Of a DNA stretch of 26,298 nucleotides, positions 1-8,327 are shown in pieces. Below the pieces are notes generated by a model. That model was not told the origin of the DNA. It searched no databases and was given only the letters and a program-made list of their open reading frames with translations. Origin of the DNA: Promethearchaeota archaeon (GTDB lineage: Archaea > Asgardarchaeota > Lokiarchaeia > Sigyniarchaeales > SOKP01); assembly GCA_048941015.1 (NCBI GenBank), contig JBHLNZ010000004.1, positions 73,182-99,479 on the forward strand, written 5' to 3'. The number at the start of each line of letters is the position of its first letter. Positions within the stretch are counted from its first letter, which is position 1. A program made the translations under genes and the position numbers.

Positions 1-430
1 AAAGCAGGGGAAGCGATCAGCAAATCTGTTGCTGAGAAGGCATTTATCCGGGAAAAATACCGTGAAGAGGATCAAAAAAGAATGGATTTAAAGCCTGATT
101 TTATGAAAACCAGTGAAGCAATTAATAAAATTGTTGCTGAAAAAGCATTTCGAATAGATAAGCAGCGTGAGGATGGTCAAAAACGAATGGGATTAAAACC
201 CGATATAGAAGAAAAAGCAGAAGCAATAAGCAAAACAGTTGGTGAAAAAGCTTTTTTGATCGAAAAGAAGCGACAGGATGATACTCAGCGTATGGCATTA
301 AAACCAGATATTGAAAAAGCAGGGGAAGCGATCAGCAAATCTGTTGGTGAGAAGGCATTTATCCGGGAAAAACACCGTGAAGAGGATCAAAAACGAATGG
401 AATTGAAACCTGATATAAAAACAATTAGTG
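1..430 (+). repeat. 105-nt coding tandem repeat with 315-nt higher-order periodicity
   Basis: Unit starts (ATG) at 82, 187, 292 and 397. Bases 1-86 match 316-401 with only 3 substitutions, whereas adjacent units are much more diverged. Confidence 0.9.
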
Positions 431-492
431 AAAAGATAGAAGGCGAAATTGAGAAGATTGAGAAAAAGAAAAAAGAAGAGGATTCACTTTAA
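1..492 (+). CDS. 35-aa tandem-repeat, highly charged helical protein (5'-truncated, C-terminal part only)
   Basis: Frame 1 is open from base 1 (KAGEAISKSVAEKAFIREKYREEDQKR) into the listed ORF at 82. Units of the form M-x-LKPD...EAI-K-V-EKAF...R...Q-R recur every 35 aa. Stop TAA at 490-492. Confidence 0.9.
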   Translation, partial: KAGEAISKSVAEKAFIREKYREEDQKRMDLKPDFMKTSEAINKIVAEKAFRIDKQREDGQKRMGLKPDIEEKAEAISKTVGEKAFLIEKKRQDDTQRMALKPDIEKAGEAISKSVGEKAFIREKHREEDQKRMELKPDIKTISEKIEGEIEKIEKKKKEEDSL

Positions 493-517
493 AAAAAATT
501 GAGAAAGCCTTATATTT

Positions 518-1003
518 TTAATAAATTTTGTTAAAATCCATATTTTCTAATCTTTTTTTATATAAGTTAATTGAAGGATCAATAATCCCATTAAAATTAT
601 TTATGCTATATTCAAATTTAGAGTAAAAATCTAACAAAACCTGATGTAAAATCCTTCTTTCTATTTCAAGATTCGTCTTTTTAGTTATTCCGATAACCAT
701 TAAGCGTCCTTTTTTCTCATATAAAATTCTAGACTCTTTAAAGTTGACTTCCTGGATCTCATCATTTCTATTATTAGGTTTTATTTCATTAATAAAAAGA
801 TTTAAGGCATTTAGAAAGCCACTGATTAAATCTTCATTAGAAGAAAGACTAGTATTACTTGAATATCTATTACTTAAAAGAAGAGAACCCGTTAAGTTAT
901 CTAAAAAATATATTGCATGGAATCTAGCTTTATTAAACATCGAATTATCGTTTTTAAATCCAAATGACTCATAACTTCTATTCTTATTCCAATCGAAAGA
1001 CAT
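518..1003 (-). CDS. Longin/roadblock-like domain protein
   Basis: Pattern AIYFLDNLTGSLLLSNRY - DLISGFLNALNLFINEI - IQEVNFKESRILYEKKGRLMVIGIT - ILHQVLLDFYSKF fits the beta-beta-alpha-beta-beta-beta-alpha longin-type domain common in Asgard archaea. Confidence 0.7.
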   Translation of the reverse strand: MSFDWNKNRSYESFGFKNDNSMFNKARFHAIYFLDNLTGSLLLSNRYSSNTSLSSNEDLISGFLNALNLFINEIKPNNRNDEIQEVNFKESRILYEKKGRLMVIGITKKTNLEIERRILHQVLLDFYSKFEYSINNFNGIIDPSINLYKKRLENMDFNKIY

Positions 1004-1256
1004 TTTAATTCTAAAAAATCTTATCTTTGATTAAAAAAATAATTCTAAATTCCTTAAATACCAAAAATAGAGATTTGATTTAAAATACTTATATTATCAT
1101 AATATCATGATATCATAATTTTTCTTTTAAAACCCATTAAATCTTATAAAATAGTAATTCTTTCCTAAAAATTTTTAAAAAAACCAAAAATTAAAAACAT
1201 ATAACATTTATTATAAGACATATATTCTTTTTATAACATTTTATCCTTTGATGCTT

Positions 1257-1718
1257 ATGGTCGAAAAAAACAACAAGGGAAACCAAAAAAATAAAATTTC
1301 AATAGGTTTAATAATAAATAAAGAAGATTTAAATTCCACTCTTTTTCCTGAAGAAGTTAAAAATGAGATAATTGATTCTCCATTCTATTTATTAATCTTT
1401 ATTTCTCGAGAGGATGTAATTAAAATTAGTTGTTTTCCTTCAAAAACGAATGTAATCAAAAAAATTCTTATTAAACTATTAGAATTTTCTCCAGAATTAG
1501 TTAAAGGTATTTCAAACGTTCTTAATGAACTTAACCTTAGTAAGGATATTTTACATACAACAGGGATTTGCTATGAATTAGAAAATTGTTTTTATGAAAC
1601 ATACTTAATAGGTGAAGCCCTCCAATCTGGAAATATTACGCTTGATGAGATAAAACAAAAATTCATGTCAATTGAGAAGGTTGTAAATGTTATTGTGGAA
1701 GATATCCCAATTCGTTAA
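1257..1718 (+). CDS. Hypothetical protein with probable C-terminal ACT-like domain (possible AbrB-like N-terminus)
   Basis: 154-156 aa ORF with start options TTG 1248, ATG 1251 and ATG 1257. The C-terminal ILIKL..PELVKGISNVLNELNL..ILHTTGIC..CFYETYL..IKQKFMSIEKVVNVIVEDI resembles an ACT beta-alpha-beta-beta-alpha-beta fold. Confidence 0.5.
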   Translation: MVEKNNKGNQKNKISIGLIINKEDLNSTLFPEEVKNEIIDSPFYLLIFISREDVIKISCFPSKTNVIKKILIKLLEFSPELVKGISNVLNELNLSKDILHTTGICYELENCFYETYLIGEALQSGNITLDEIKQKFMSIEKVVNVIVEDIPIR

Positions 1719-1771
1719 AACCTTTAAAATGAATGATATTAATTAAAAAAATCATTATTAGTTAATAGATT

Positions 1772-1978
1772 ATGCCGGAAAAAAATTTACCTCCACCCCC
1801 TGTTTTACCCCCAACACTTAAAATCTCAGAGGACTTCTGTCTTTTTCATAAAGGAAAGATAGAAGATGAAATCTATACTTGTCCTAAATGCAAATCAAAA
1901 TATTGTCTTGAATGTGCTAAAAAAGCCATGAATGAAGGAAAATTGTGCGTTAAATGCAAACAAATTATTCTTGTATAA
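1772..1978 (+). CDS. Small proline-rich RING-like zinc-finger protein
   Basis: LPPPPVLPP followed by 8 putative ligands in the pattern C-x2-H-x10-C-x2-C-x4-C-x2-C-x10-C-x2-C. Confidence 0.75.
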   Translation: MPEKNLPPPPVLPPTLKISEDFCLFHKGKIEDEIYTCPKCKSKYCLECAKKAMNEGKLCVKCKQIILV

Positions 1979-2368
1979 CTAGGAAACAGAAATTGAACTA
2001 AGGGAACGCCAAGTTTTCCAAAAAATTAACCATAGTATTATGAAAATAAAAAAACTTGTTGCGGAAGTATAACCCCCAATAAAAGGATCGATCATGATCA
2101 TATATGGAATTCCTGCAATTGAAAAACCTAATAAATAAGCATAAGCCCAATATCTATCTTTTAACCCGATAATTACTGCAGGAAGAATAGTTGTAAAAAT
2201 TATAGTTAAATACGCAATTACTTCAATATTACTTGGAGCATTGTTTATCAATACCATGTTTAACCAAGAAATTATAAAACCTATAATAAACCAGATGATT
2301 GTTACATAATTGATTTTTAATTCTGGATCCTTGACTCTAATTTCTTCCGTATTTTCTTTGTTTTCCAT
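1979..2368 (-). CDS. Small integral membrane protein (about 4 TM helices), function unknown
   Basis: Four hydrophobic segments: VTIIWFIIGFIISWL; VIAYLTIIFTTILPAVII; AYAYLLGFSIAGIPYMIMI; FFIFIILWLIFW. Confidence 0.75.
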   Translation of the reverse strand: MENKENTEEIRVKDPELKINYVTIIWFIIGFIISWLNMVLINNAPSNIEVIAYLTIIFTTILPAVIIGLKDRYWAYAYLLGFSIAGIPYMIMIDPFIGGYTSATSFFIFIILWLIFWKTWRSLSSISVS

Positions 2369-2670
2369 ATTAATAATGAAGTTTAAATTAATATATAAAT
2401 CTAAATGCTCATTCCTATTTAATTTAAATGAAATGAAATTTAGAAATGTAAATAATATAATTTTTTTTAGCAGGAGTCTAACTTTAAGAAATAAAAAATT
2501 AACAATTCCGTATAAACTAAAATCCTGTTATTAAAAATCTCGATATTTTTTATTAAAATTACATACTTTTACAAATATTTTTTGTCTTGATATATTTTTA
2601 TTTGATTAATGGTTATTTGATTAAATATTAATTTAAATAAACATCAAAATACATTTAAGAATTGATTAAT

Positions 2671-4371
2671 ATGACTGAAGAAATTATAAGACGCACGACA
2701 AGTATCTGTCCAGAATGCCTACAGCCGATCCCCGCTGAAATTTACGTTGATGAGATCACAAACTGGGTAATGATGAGGAAAAATTGTGAAGAACATGGTG
2801 ATTTTAAGGATAAACTTAGTATAGATCCAGAGGAGTATAAATGGCAACAAACATTTACGGATGAAATTGGTTCTACAGTAGCCCATTCTACCAAACCTGA
2901 ATCAGTATCTTCGGGATTAAAGGAGTGTAATGAAGGGTGTCCTTATGATTGTGGTTTATGTGAGAATCATAAAAGTGCCCCGAATATTTGTTTAATTGAT
3001 ATCACAAATCGATGCAATTTAGCCTGTCCGATTTGTTTTGCGAATGCTAGTGCTAAGGGATATGTAGTCCAACCTACTTATGATCAAATTGTACAAATTA
3101 TGGAGCATTTCAGGTCAATGAAGCCTGTTCCAGCAGTTTTATTACAAATTTCTGGAGGAGAACCAACAATTCGAGATGATCTTCCTGATATTATCCGAAA
3201 AGGTAAAGAATTAGGTTTTATCGAAGTTATGGTTACCACTAATGGAGTTAGATTTGCTAAATCAATAGAATTTATGAAGGCATGTAAAGATGCGGGAATG
3301 GATGCTATTTACTTACAATTCGATGCAACTGATGATCCTGAAGCTTGGAAAAAGATTAGAGGTGTAAATTTATGGCCTCTAAAACAAAAAGTTATTGAGA
3401 ATGCTCGAAAAATTGGATTTTATGGAGTAATGTTAGTTCCAGTCATTGCAAAAGGAGTAAATGATCAAGAGGTTGGCAAAATAATGGATTATGCTAAAGA
3501 TAATAACGATGTAATATCTGGAATTATTTACCAACCTGTTTCTCTATGTGGGAGAATAAGTTTTGAAGAATTAATGGATCTTCGATATACTACCTCCGAT
3601 TTAAAAATAGCAATAAATAAGCATACAAACAATGCGATCACCAAGTTTTATCCACTTGCAACTACAGCTAAGATGACCCGATTATTAGCATGGTTCGATA
3701 ACGTGCCTGAATGGAGTCCAACTAGTCATTCTGATTGCGGATTTGCCACAATTTGCGTTATCAATAAAAAAGACGAGTGGGAACCAATTGAAAACTATTT
3801 TGACGCAGAAGGGCTTATTCGCTGGGCTAATCAAGTATATGATATGGTTCAAAAGCAAGAAATTCCAAAACCAACAGGTTTACTTAAGGGTATTAATTTA
3901 GAAGATTTTGGTGCTGTTGCTACAACGGTAGGAAAGTTTATTGATGATATGACAAACTTAGGATATCGCCAGATGATGAAGGCTTATTTTATGGCAGGAG
4001 TGGCTCGATATATTAAAAATCCAACAAAATTGTTGACAAGTAATACACTTCAAGCTTTTGCTCGATTAGTAATGGCTCCTAATTTAGCCAACGCTGGAAT
4101 GTTTTTCCACCAAAAAAATCTTCTCATATCTAGCATGCATTTTCAAGATTCCTATAATTTTGATTTAGATAGAGTTTGCAGATGTTTAGTCCATTATGGA
4201 GTAATTGACCCAGAAGATAATAGTAAAGTTTTAGAAGTCCCCTTCTGTGCTATGAATACTCTCCATCGAGAGCGTTTAGAACTAGCAAATGCAATAGAAG
4301 GAGCGCAAGCTGAAAAGGCAGAAGTTATCCAATCAGAGATCGAAAAATACGTCAAAAGTGTTGAAGAATAA
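2671..4371 (+). CDS. tes: Radical SAM enzyme, tetraether lipid synthase (Tes / GDGT-MAS, MJ0619 family)-like
   Basis: N-terminal TxSICPEC...KxCxEHG metal site, GCPYDCGLCxxH auxiliary cluster, CNLACPIC (CxxxCxxC), SGGEPT, and C-terminal MHFQDxYNFDxxRVxRCxVHY...PFCAMN. ATG 2671 preferred over TTG 2662. Confidence 0.8.
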   Translation: MTEEIIRRTTSICPECLQPIPAEIYVDEITNWVMMRKNCEEHGDFKDKLSIDPEEYKWQQTFTDEIGSTVAHSTKPESVSSGLKECNEGCPYDCGLCENHKSAPNICLIDITNRCNLACPICFANASAKGYVVQPTYDQIVQIMEHFRSMKPVPAVLLQISGGEPTIRDDLPDIIRKGKELGFIEVMVTTNGVRFAKSIEFMKACKDAGMDAIYLQFDATDDPEAWKKIRGVNLWPLKQKVIENARKIGFYGVMLVPVIAKGVNDQEVGKIMDYAKDNNDVISGIIYQPVSLCGRISFEELMDLRYTTSDLKIAINKHTNNAITKFYPLATTAKMTRLLAWFDNVPEWSPTSHSDCGFATICVINKKDEWEPIENYFDAEGLIRWANQVYDMVQKQEIPKPTGLLKGINLEDFGAVATTVGKFIDDMTNLGYRQMMKAYFMAGVARYIKNPTKLLTSNTLQAFARLVMAPNLANAGMFFHQKNLLISSMHFQDSYNFDLDRVCRCLVHYGVIDPEDNSKVLEVPFCAMNTLHRERLELANAIEGAQAEKAEVIQSEIEKYVKSVEE

Positions 4372-4677
4372 TTCTTTATTTTAAATATTTCTTTTCATAA
4401 TTCTTTTTATTCTAATTTTTATTATTCAAATTCATGGTTAACTTTAACCAAAAAAGACAATATATTTTCTCTGTTCAATTTTAACAAAGAACTCCTGAAG
4501 CTGTATCTTTTGATGTTCTATCGATTAGTTTAAGGATTTAAAGTTGAAAGTTCGTAATAATGGGAGAAAGCACTTTTAAAAAAAACCTTAAATGTTTTAA
4601 AAATTCTACAAATATAACAAGCAAGAAATAAAGTAAATGTTAAAAATTTACGATATATAATTTTATTCTTTATCAAC

Positions 4678-5268
4678 ATGTCGGATAATTCAGAAATAAT
4701 TGGGGATTATAAAGGTACAGTAAAGAATAAAGTACTTACAGCACTTTTACAATCTTATCTGGATAATCTTGATTATGATGGAATGAAATCTATTTTAAGA
4801 GAAGCAGAATTACTTGAATTAAAAGATATTAGAGAAGTTGATCCCGATGCTTCAATAGACTTTTTCTCATTTAAAAAAATTATCGCAGCACAAAATTGTT
4901 TATTATACGATTCTACTAACTTATTATATGAAATTGGGAGGAAATTTTCTTTTTATCTCTTTCCTTTCGGAAAAAAATTTGAAGAAATAATTGAAGAAAT
5001 TAATGATTTAATCAGAACTGATTGGAAAGTACAAATTAAAGAAATGAATCCAGAGACGATCACTATTCGAGTTGATAAATGCATTTTCTGTTCTGAAATT
5101 GGAGTTTCCTGCAATTTATTTAAAGGATTTTTGGTTCATTCTTTAGAAAAAACGCTTTCTTCTGATTATAATGTAATTCAAATTGCAGAAAAAGAAAACA
5201 TTAACGATCCTCATCACAATTCTTTTGTTTTGAAATTAAAAATAGAAAAAAGATTTAAAACCTCATAA
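4678..5268 (+). CDS. V4R / H-NOX-superfamily ligand-binding protein
   Basis: H-NOX-like N-terminal helices (GMKSILREAEL, LLYEIGRKF) and V4R-like ITIRVDKCIFC..SCNLFKGFLVHSLE. Confidence 0.6.
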   Translation: MSDNSEIIGDYKGTVKNKVLTALLQSYLDNLDYDGMKSILREAELLELKDIREVDPDASIDFFSFKKIIAAQNCLLYDSTNLLYEIGRKFSFYLFPFGKKFEEIIEEINDLIRTDWKVQIKEMNPETITIRVDKCIFCSEIGVSCNLFKGFLVHSLEKTLSSDYNVIQIAEKENINDPHHNSFVLKLKIEKRFKTS

Positions 5269-5344
5269 CACGAAACATTAAATATATTAAAATTCAAATA
5301 AATTTTGTTCTTCTAAAAAAAACATAATTTTGCAATCAAAAGTA

Positions 5345-5893
5345 ATGACGGAAGAAGCAAAAGAATATGTGTTTAAAATAACTATACTCGGCGATAGTGC
5401 TGTTGGTAAGACCTCGTTAATTAATCAATTTGTTGAGGGTTCTTTTGAAGAGGATTATAAACCAACACTAGGAGCAAATATAGTAAGAAAGGATGTTAAT
5501 ATCGGTGACTCAAACCTAAAAGTAAGATTAATTATGTGGGATCTTGCTGGTCAAGAAAAATACAACGTTATAAGGAGTATGTATTTTCAGGGTTGTGTTG
5601 GAGCTCTTGTTGTTTATGATATCACTCGACATCAGACATTTGATAATGTAGAATCGAAATGGTTGAAAGACTTTAAGAAATATGTAAAAAAAGAAGGAGC
5701 TTACATTCTTATTGGAAATAAAATTGATTTACGAGATCAAAGATTAGTTACAGAAGAAGAAGGAAAATCATTAGCAAAAAAAATTAAAGCAAGTGATTTC
5801 ATAGAAACAAGTGCAAAATTCGGAGAAAATGTTGAGAAAGCTTTTAAAAACCTTGTTTTTCAGATTTTAAGAAATTATGGAGAAAAATTTTAA
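5345..5893 (+). CDS. Rab-like small GTPase
   Basis: G1 GDSAVGKT, G2 YKPTLG, G3 WDLAGQ, G4 NKID, G5 TSAK. No C-terminal Cys prenylation motif. ATG 5345 (alternative TTG 5330). Confidence 0.95.
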   Translation: MTEEAKEYVFKITILGDSAVGKTSLINQFVEGSFEEDYKPTLGANIVRKDVNIGDSNLKVRLIMWDLAGQEKYNVIRSMYFQGCVGALVVYDITRHQTFDNVESKWLKDFKKYVKKEGAYILIGNKIDLRDQRLVTEEEGKSLAKKIKASDFIETSAKFGENVEKAFKNLVFQILRNYGEKF

Positions 5894-5963
5894 TACCATT
5901 TTCTATAGTATAAAATATTCCCAAAATTCAATTGTTTAAATTTTTATAATTTGTGGATAGATT

Positions 5964-7115
5964 ATGAAAGACTTATCACTAAAAGTTAGTCACGCACCTA
6001 AATCTGAAATTAGAAGACTATTTGATCTTGCTTCCGGTCGTACTGATATAATAAGCCTTGGGATAGGTCAACCTGATTTTTCTACACCCCAACCCGCAAT
6101 AGAAGGCAACATTAATGCCCTAAGAAACAAAATTACTTACTACGCCCCAACTAAAGGAGTTTCAGAGTTACTTCAGTTAATAGAGAAAAAAGTAAAAAAA
6201 TTTAATAAAATCAATGCTAATTGGAAAGAAGATATTATAGTTACTAATGGAGGATCTCAAGCTATAACTCTTGCTTTTGCAACTGTTTTTAATCCCAATG
6301 ATGAGTTAATAATTTCATCTCCTAATTTTGTATCTTATTTTTATTGTGCTGAATTCTTTGGTATTAAAGTAATAGAAGTTGAGAGAAAGGAGGATTTTAG
6401 TCCAAACGTTGAAAAAATAAGAAATTCAATCACGAATAAAACAAAAGCAATATTAATTAATTCTCCAAACAATCCAACTGGTTATGCTTTATCTAAAAAT
6501 GAATTAAACGAAATAGTTGATATTGTTAGAGAAAATGATTTATATTTGATTACTGATGAAGCATATGAGAATTATCTTTATGATGGTTTAAAGCATATTA
6601 GCCCAGCTTCAATTGATGGGATGTTTGAAAGGACTATTACTTTAAATGCGATGTCAAAATTATTTTCAGCAACAGGTTTTAGATTAGGATATGTGATCGC
6701 TAAGAAAGAGATCATAGACTTGATGGAAAAATATCATCAATATACTGTAGCAGGAACTAACCATGCTGCTCAGTATGGTTTTATTGAAGCATTAAAAATG
6801 GATACAGCTTTTTTCGACAAAATCTTAAAGGATTTTGATGAGAGAAGGTTATTAGTCTATAATAGATTAAAAGAATTAGGTTTTGAGGTTCCTAAGCCTA
6901 AAGGAGCATTCTATATAATGCCTTCTGTTGAAAATTTAAATATTTCTGGTTTTGAGTTTTCAAAAAGAATAATGGAAGAGTATGGTGTTGCGATAGTACC
7001 GGGCAATATATTTGGTTCATATTCCAATCAGAGGTTAAGAATTTCTTATGCAACTGAAAAAAGTAAATTAATGGAAGCAATGGATCGAGTTGAAAAATTT
7101 GTGAATACTTTATAA
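5964..7115 (+). CDS. PLP-dependent aminotransferase class I/II (aspartate/aromatic aminotransferase family)
   Basis: LGIGQPDF, NSPNNPTG, DEAY, SKLFSATGFRLG (PLP lysine), PKGAFY, LRISYA. Confidence 0.93.
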   Translation: MKDLSLKVSHAPKSEIRRLFDLASGRTDIISLGIGQPDFSTPQPAIEGNINALRNKITYYAPTKGVSELLQLIEKKVKKFNKINANWKEDIIVTNGGSQAITLAFATVFNPNDELIISSPNFVSYFYCAEFFGIKVIEVERKEDFSPNVEKIRNSITNKTKAILINSPNNPTGYALSKNELNEIVDIVRENDLYLITDEAYENYLYDGLKHISPASIDGMFERTITLNAMSKLFSATGFRLGYVIAKKEIIDLMEKYHQYTVAGTNHAAQYGFIEALKMDTAFFDKILKDFDERRLLVYNRLKELGFEVPKPKGAFYIMPSVENLNISGFEFSKRIMEEYGVAIVPGNIFGSYSNQRLRISYATEKSKLMEAMDRVEKFVNTL

Positions 7116-7123
7116 CTTTTATA

Positions 7124-8269
7124 TTAACTTTTAAGATAAGTTTGTAAAAGAGCTTTAGTTAAGAAATCTGCTGCTTTATAAACATCCTCTATTTTTATAT
7201 ATTCGTTTTCTTTATGAACTACAGCAGGATCACCGGGACCATAAATTACAAAAGGAATTGGGTTTTTTGGTTGCAGAAGAACAGCTGCATCAGTAGCATA
7301 GGGGAGTCCTATCACATTTGTCTCACTCAATTCCAATAAATTTTGAAAAAAAGCATGTTTAGAATTAGTTTCGAGTGCTGGTAATGTGTGTGTTATTTTT
7401 ATCTCGAGATTATAAGGAGGAATCTTAATACTTTTAAGACTCTTAATTAAATTTTCTAAATTCTGCTCCGGTATTAATCTATAATCAATTTTTAAAGTAG
7501 TTTTATCAGGAACGACGTTAATTGTATCTCCTCCTTTAATTCTTGCAACATTTAAAGTCGATTTGCCTAATACTTTGTTTTCTCTATCTACTAAACAATT
7601 ATATAGATGTGGAATTAATTTCAAAGAACCCTCAATAGAATTAATTCCTAAATGAGGTGTAGACGAATGACTAGTTTTGCCATAAACGTCTATTGATACC
7701 CAAAGCAATCCTTTTTCAGCAATACCCACATTTAAATTTGTAGGTTCACCAACAATTAGCATAGTAGCATTTTTCATGATACCTTTTCTTGCAAATAAAT
7801 AAGCTCCTGTCATACCAGCTTCTTCATCTGCGCTACCAATAAAAACTAAAGTACATTTTTCTAAAAATTCTGGATTTTCTTTGAGCTTCATCATGGCTCC
7901 GATTAACATAGTTAATCCTCCTTTCATATCACTCGAACCACGCCCAAAAAGCTTTCCTTCAACAATCTTAGCAGAAAAAGGATGATATTTCCACTTTTTG
8001 ATATCACCGGCAGGTACCACATCAAAATGCCCTGAAAAAATGATTTTTTCTTTTCCAGAGCCAACTTTGGTGATTAAATTACTAAGCTCTATATCTCTTT
8101 TTTTATACGTTATAACTTCATTTTTAAAACCGTTGGATTCTTGAAAAACTTCTGTTATTAAATAATCTATTATTTTATTGGTTTTGCCAGGTGGATTTTC
8201 TGTAGAGATCTGTACTAAATTTTTTAAAATATCAACTAAATCTTTATTTGAGCCATTAAAAGCATCCAT
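7124..8269 (-). CDS. M20 family metallohydrolase (ArgE/DapE-like)
   Basis: GHFDVVP, GRGSSDMKGG, DEEAG, GEPT, YGPG...H-x-x-NE metal-binding motifs are intact. Confidence 0.92.
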   Translation of the reverse strand: MDAFNGSNKDLVDILKNLVQISTENPPGKTNKIIDYLITEVFQESNGFKNEVITYKKRDIELSNLITKVGSGKEKIIFSGHFDVVPAGDIKKWKYHPFSAKIVEGKLFGRGSSDMKGGLTMLIGAMMKLKENPEFLEKCTLVFIGSADEEAGMTGAYLFARKGIMKNATMLIVGEPTNLNVGIAEKGLLWVSIDVYGKTSHSSTPHLGINSIEGSLKLIPHLYNCLVDRENKVLGKSTLNVARIKGGDTINVVPDKTTLKIDYRLIPEQNLENLIKSLKSIKIPPYNLEIKITHTLPALETNSKHAFFQNLLELSETNVIGLPYATDAAVLLQPKNPIPFVIYGPGDPAVVHKENEYIKIEDVYKAADFLTKALLQTYLKS

Positions 8270-8327
8270 ATTTCAATTTGTCAACATAAAAGTCTTATTA
8301 TTACAATTAAATATAAATTTAATACGG

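Noticed and set aside
1-430. Periodic repeats as a CRISPR array
   Set aside because: Units are in-frame 105-nt coding repeats with codon-level divergence, no unique spacers and no cas genes.
2671-4371. MoaA or a generic cofactor radical SAM annotation
   Set aside because: The extra N-terminal metal motifs and the C-terminal MHFQD..RC..PFC signature fit the Tes/MJ0619 family better.
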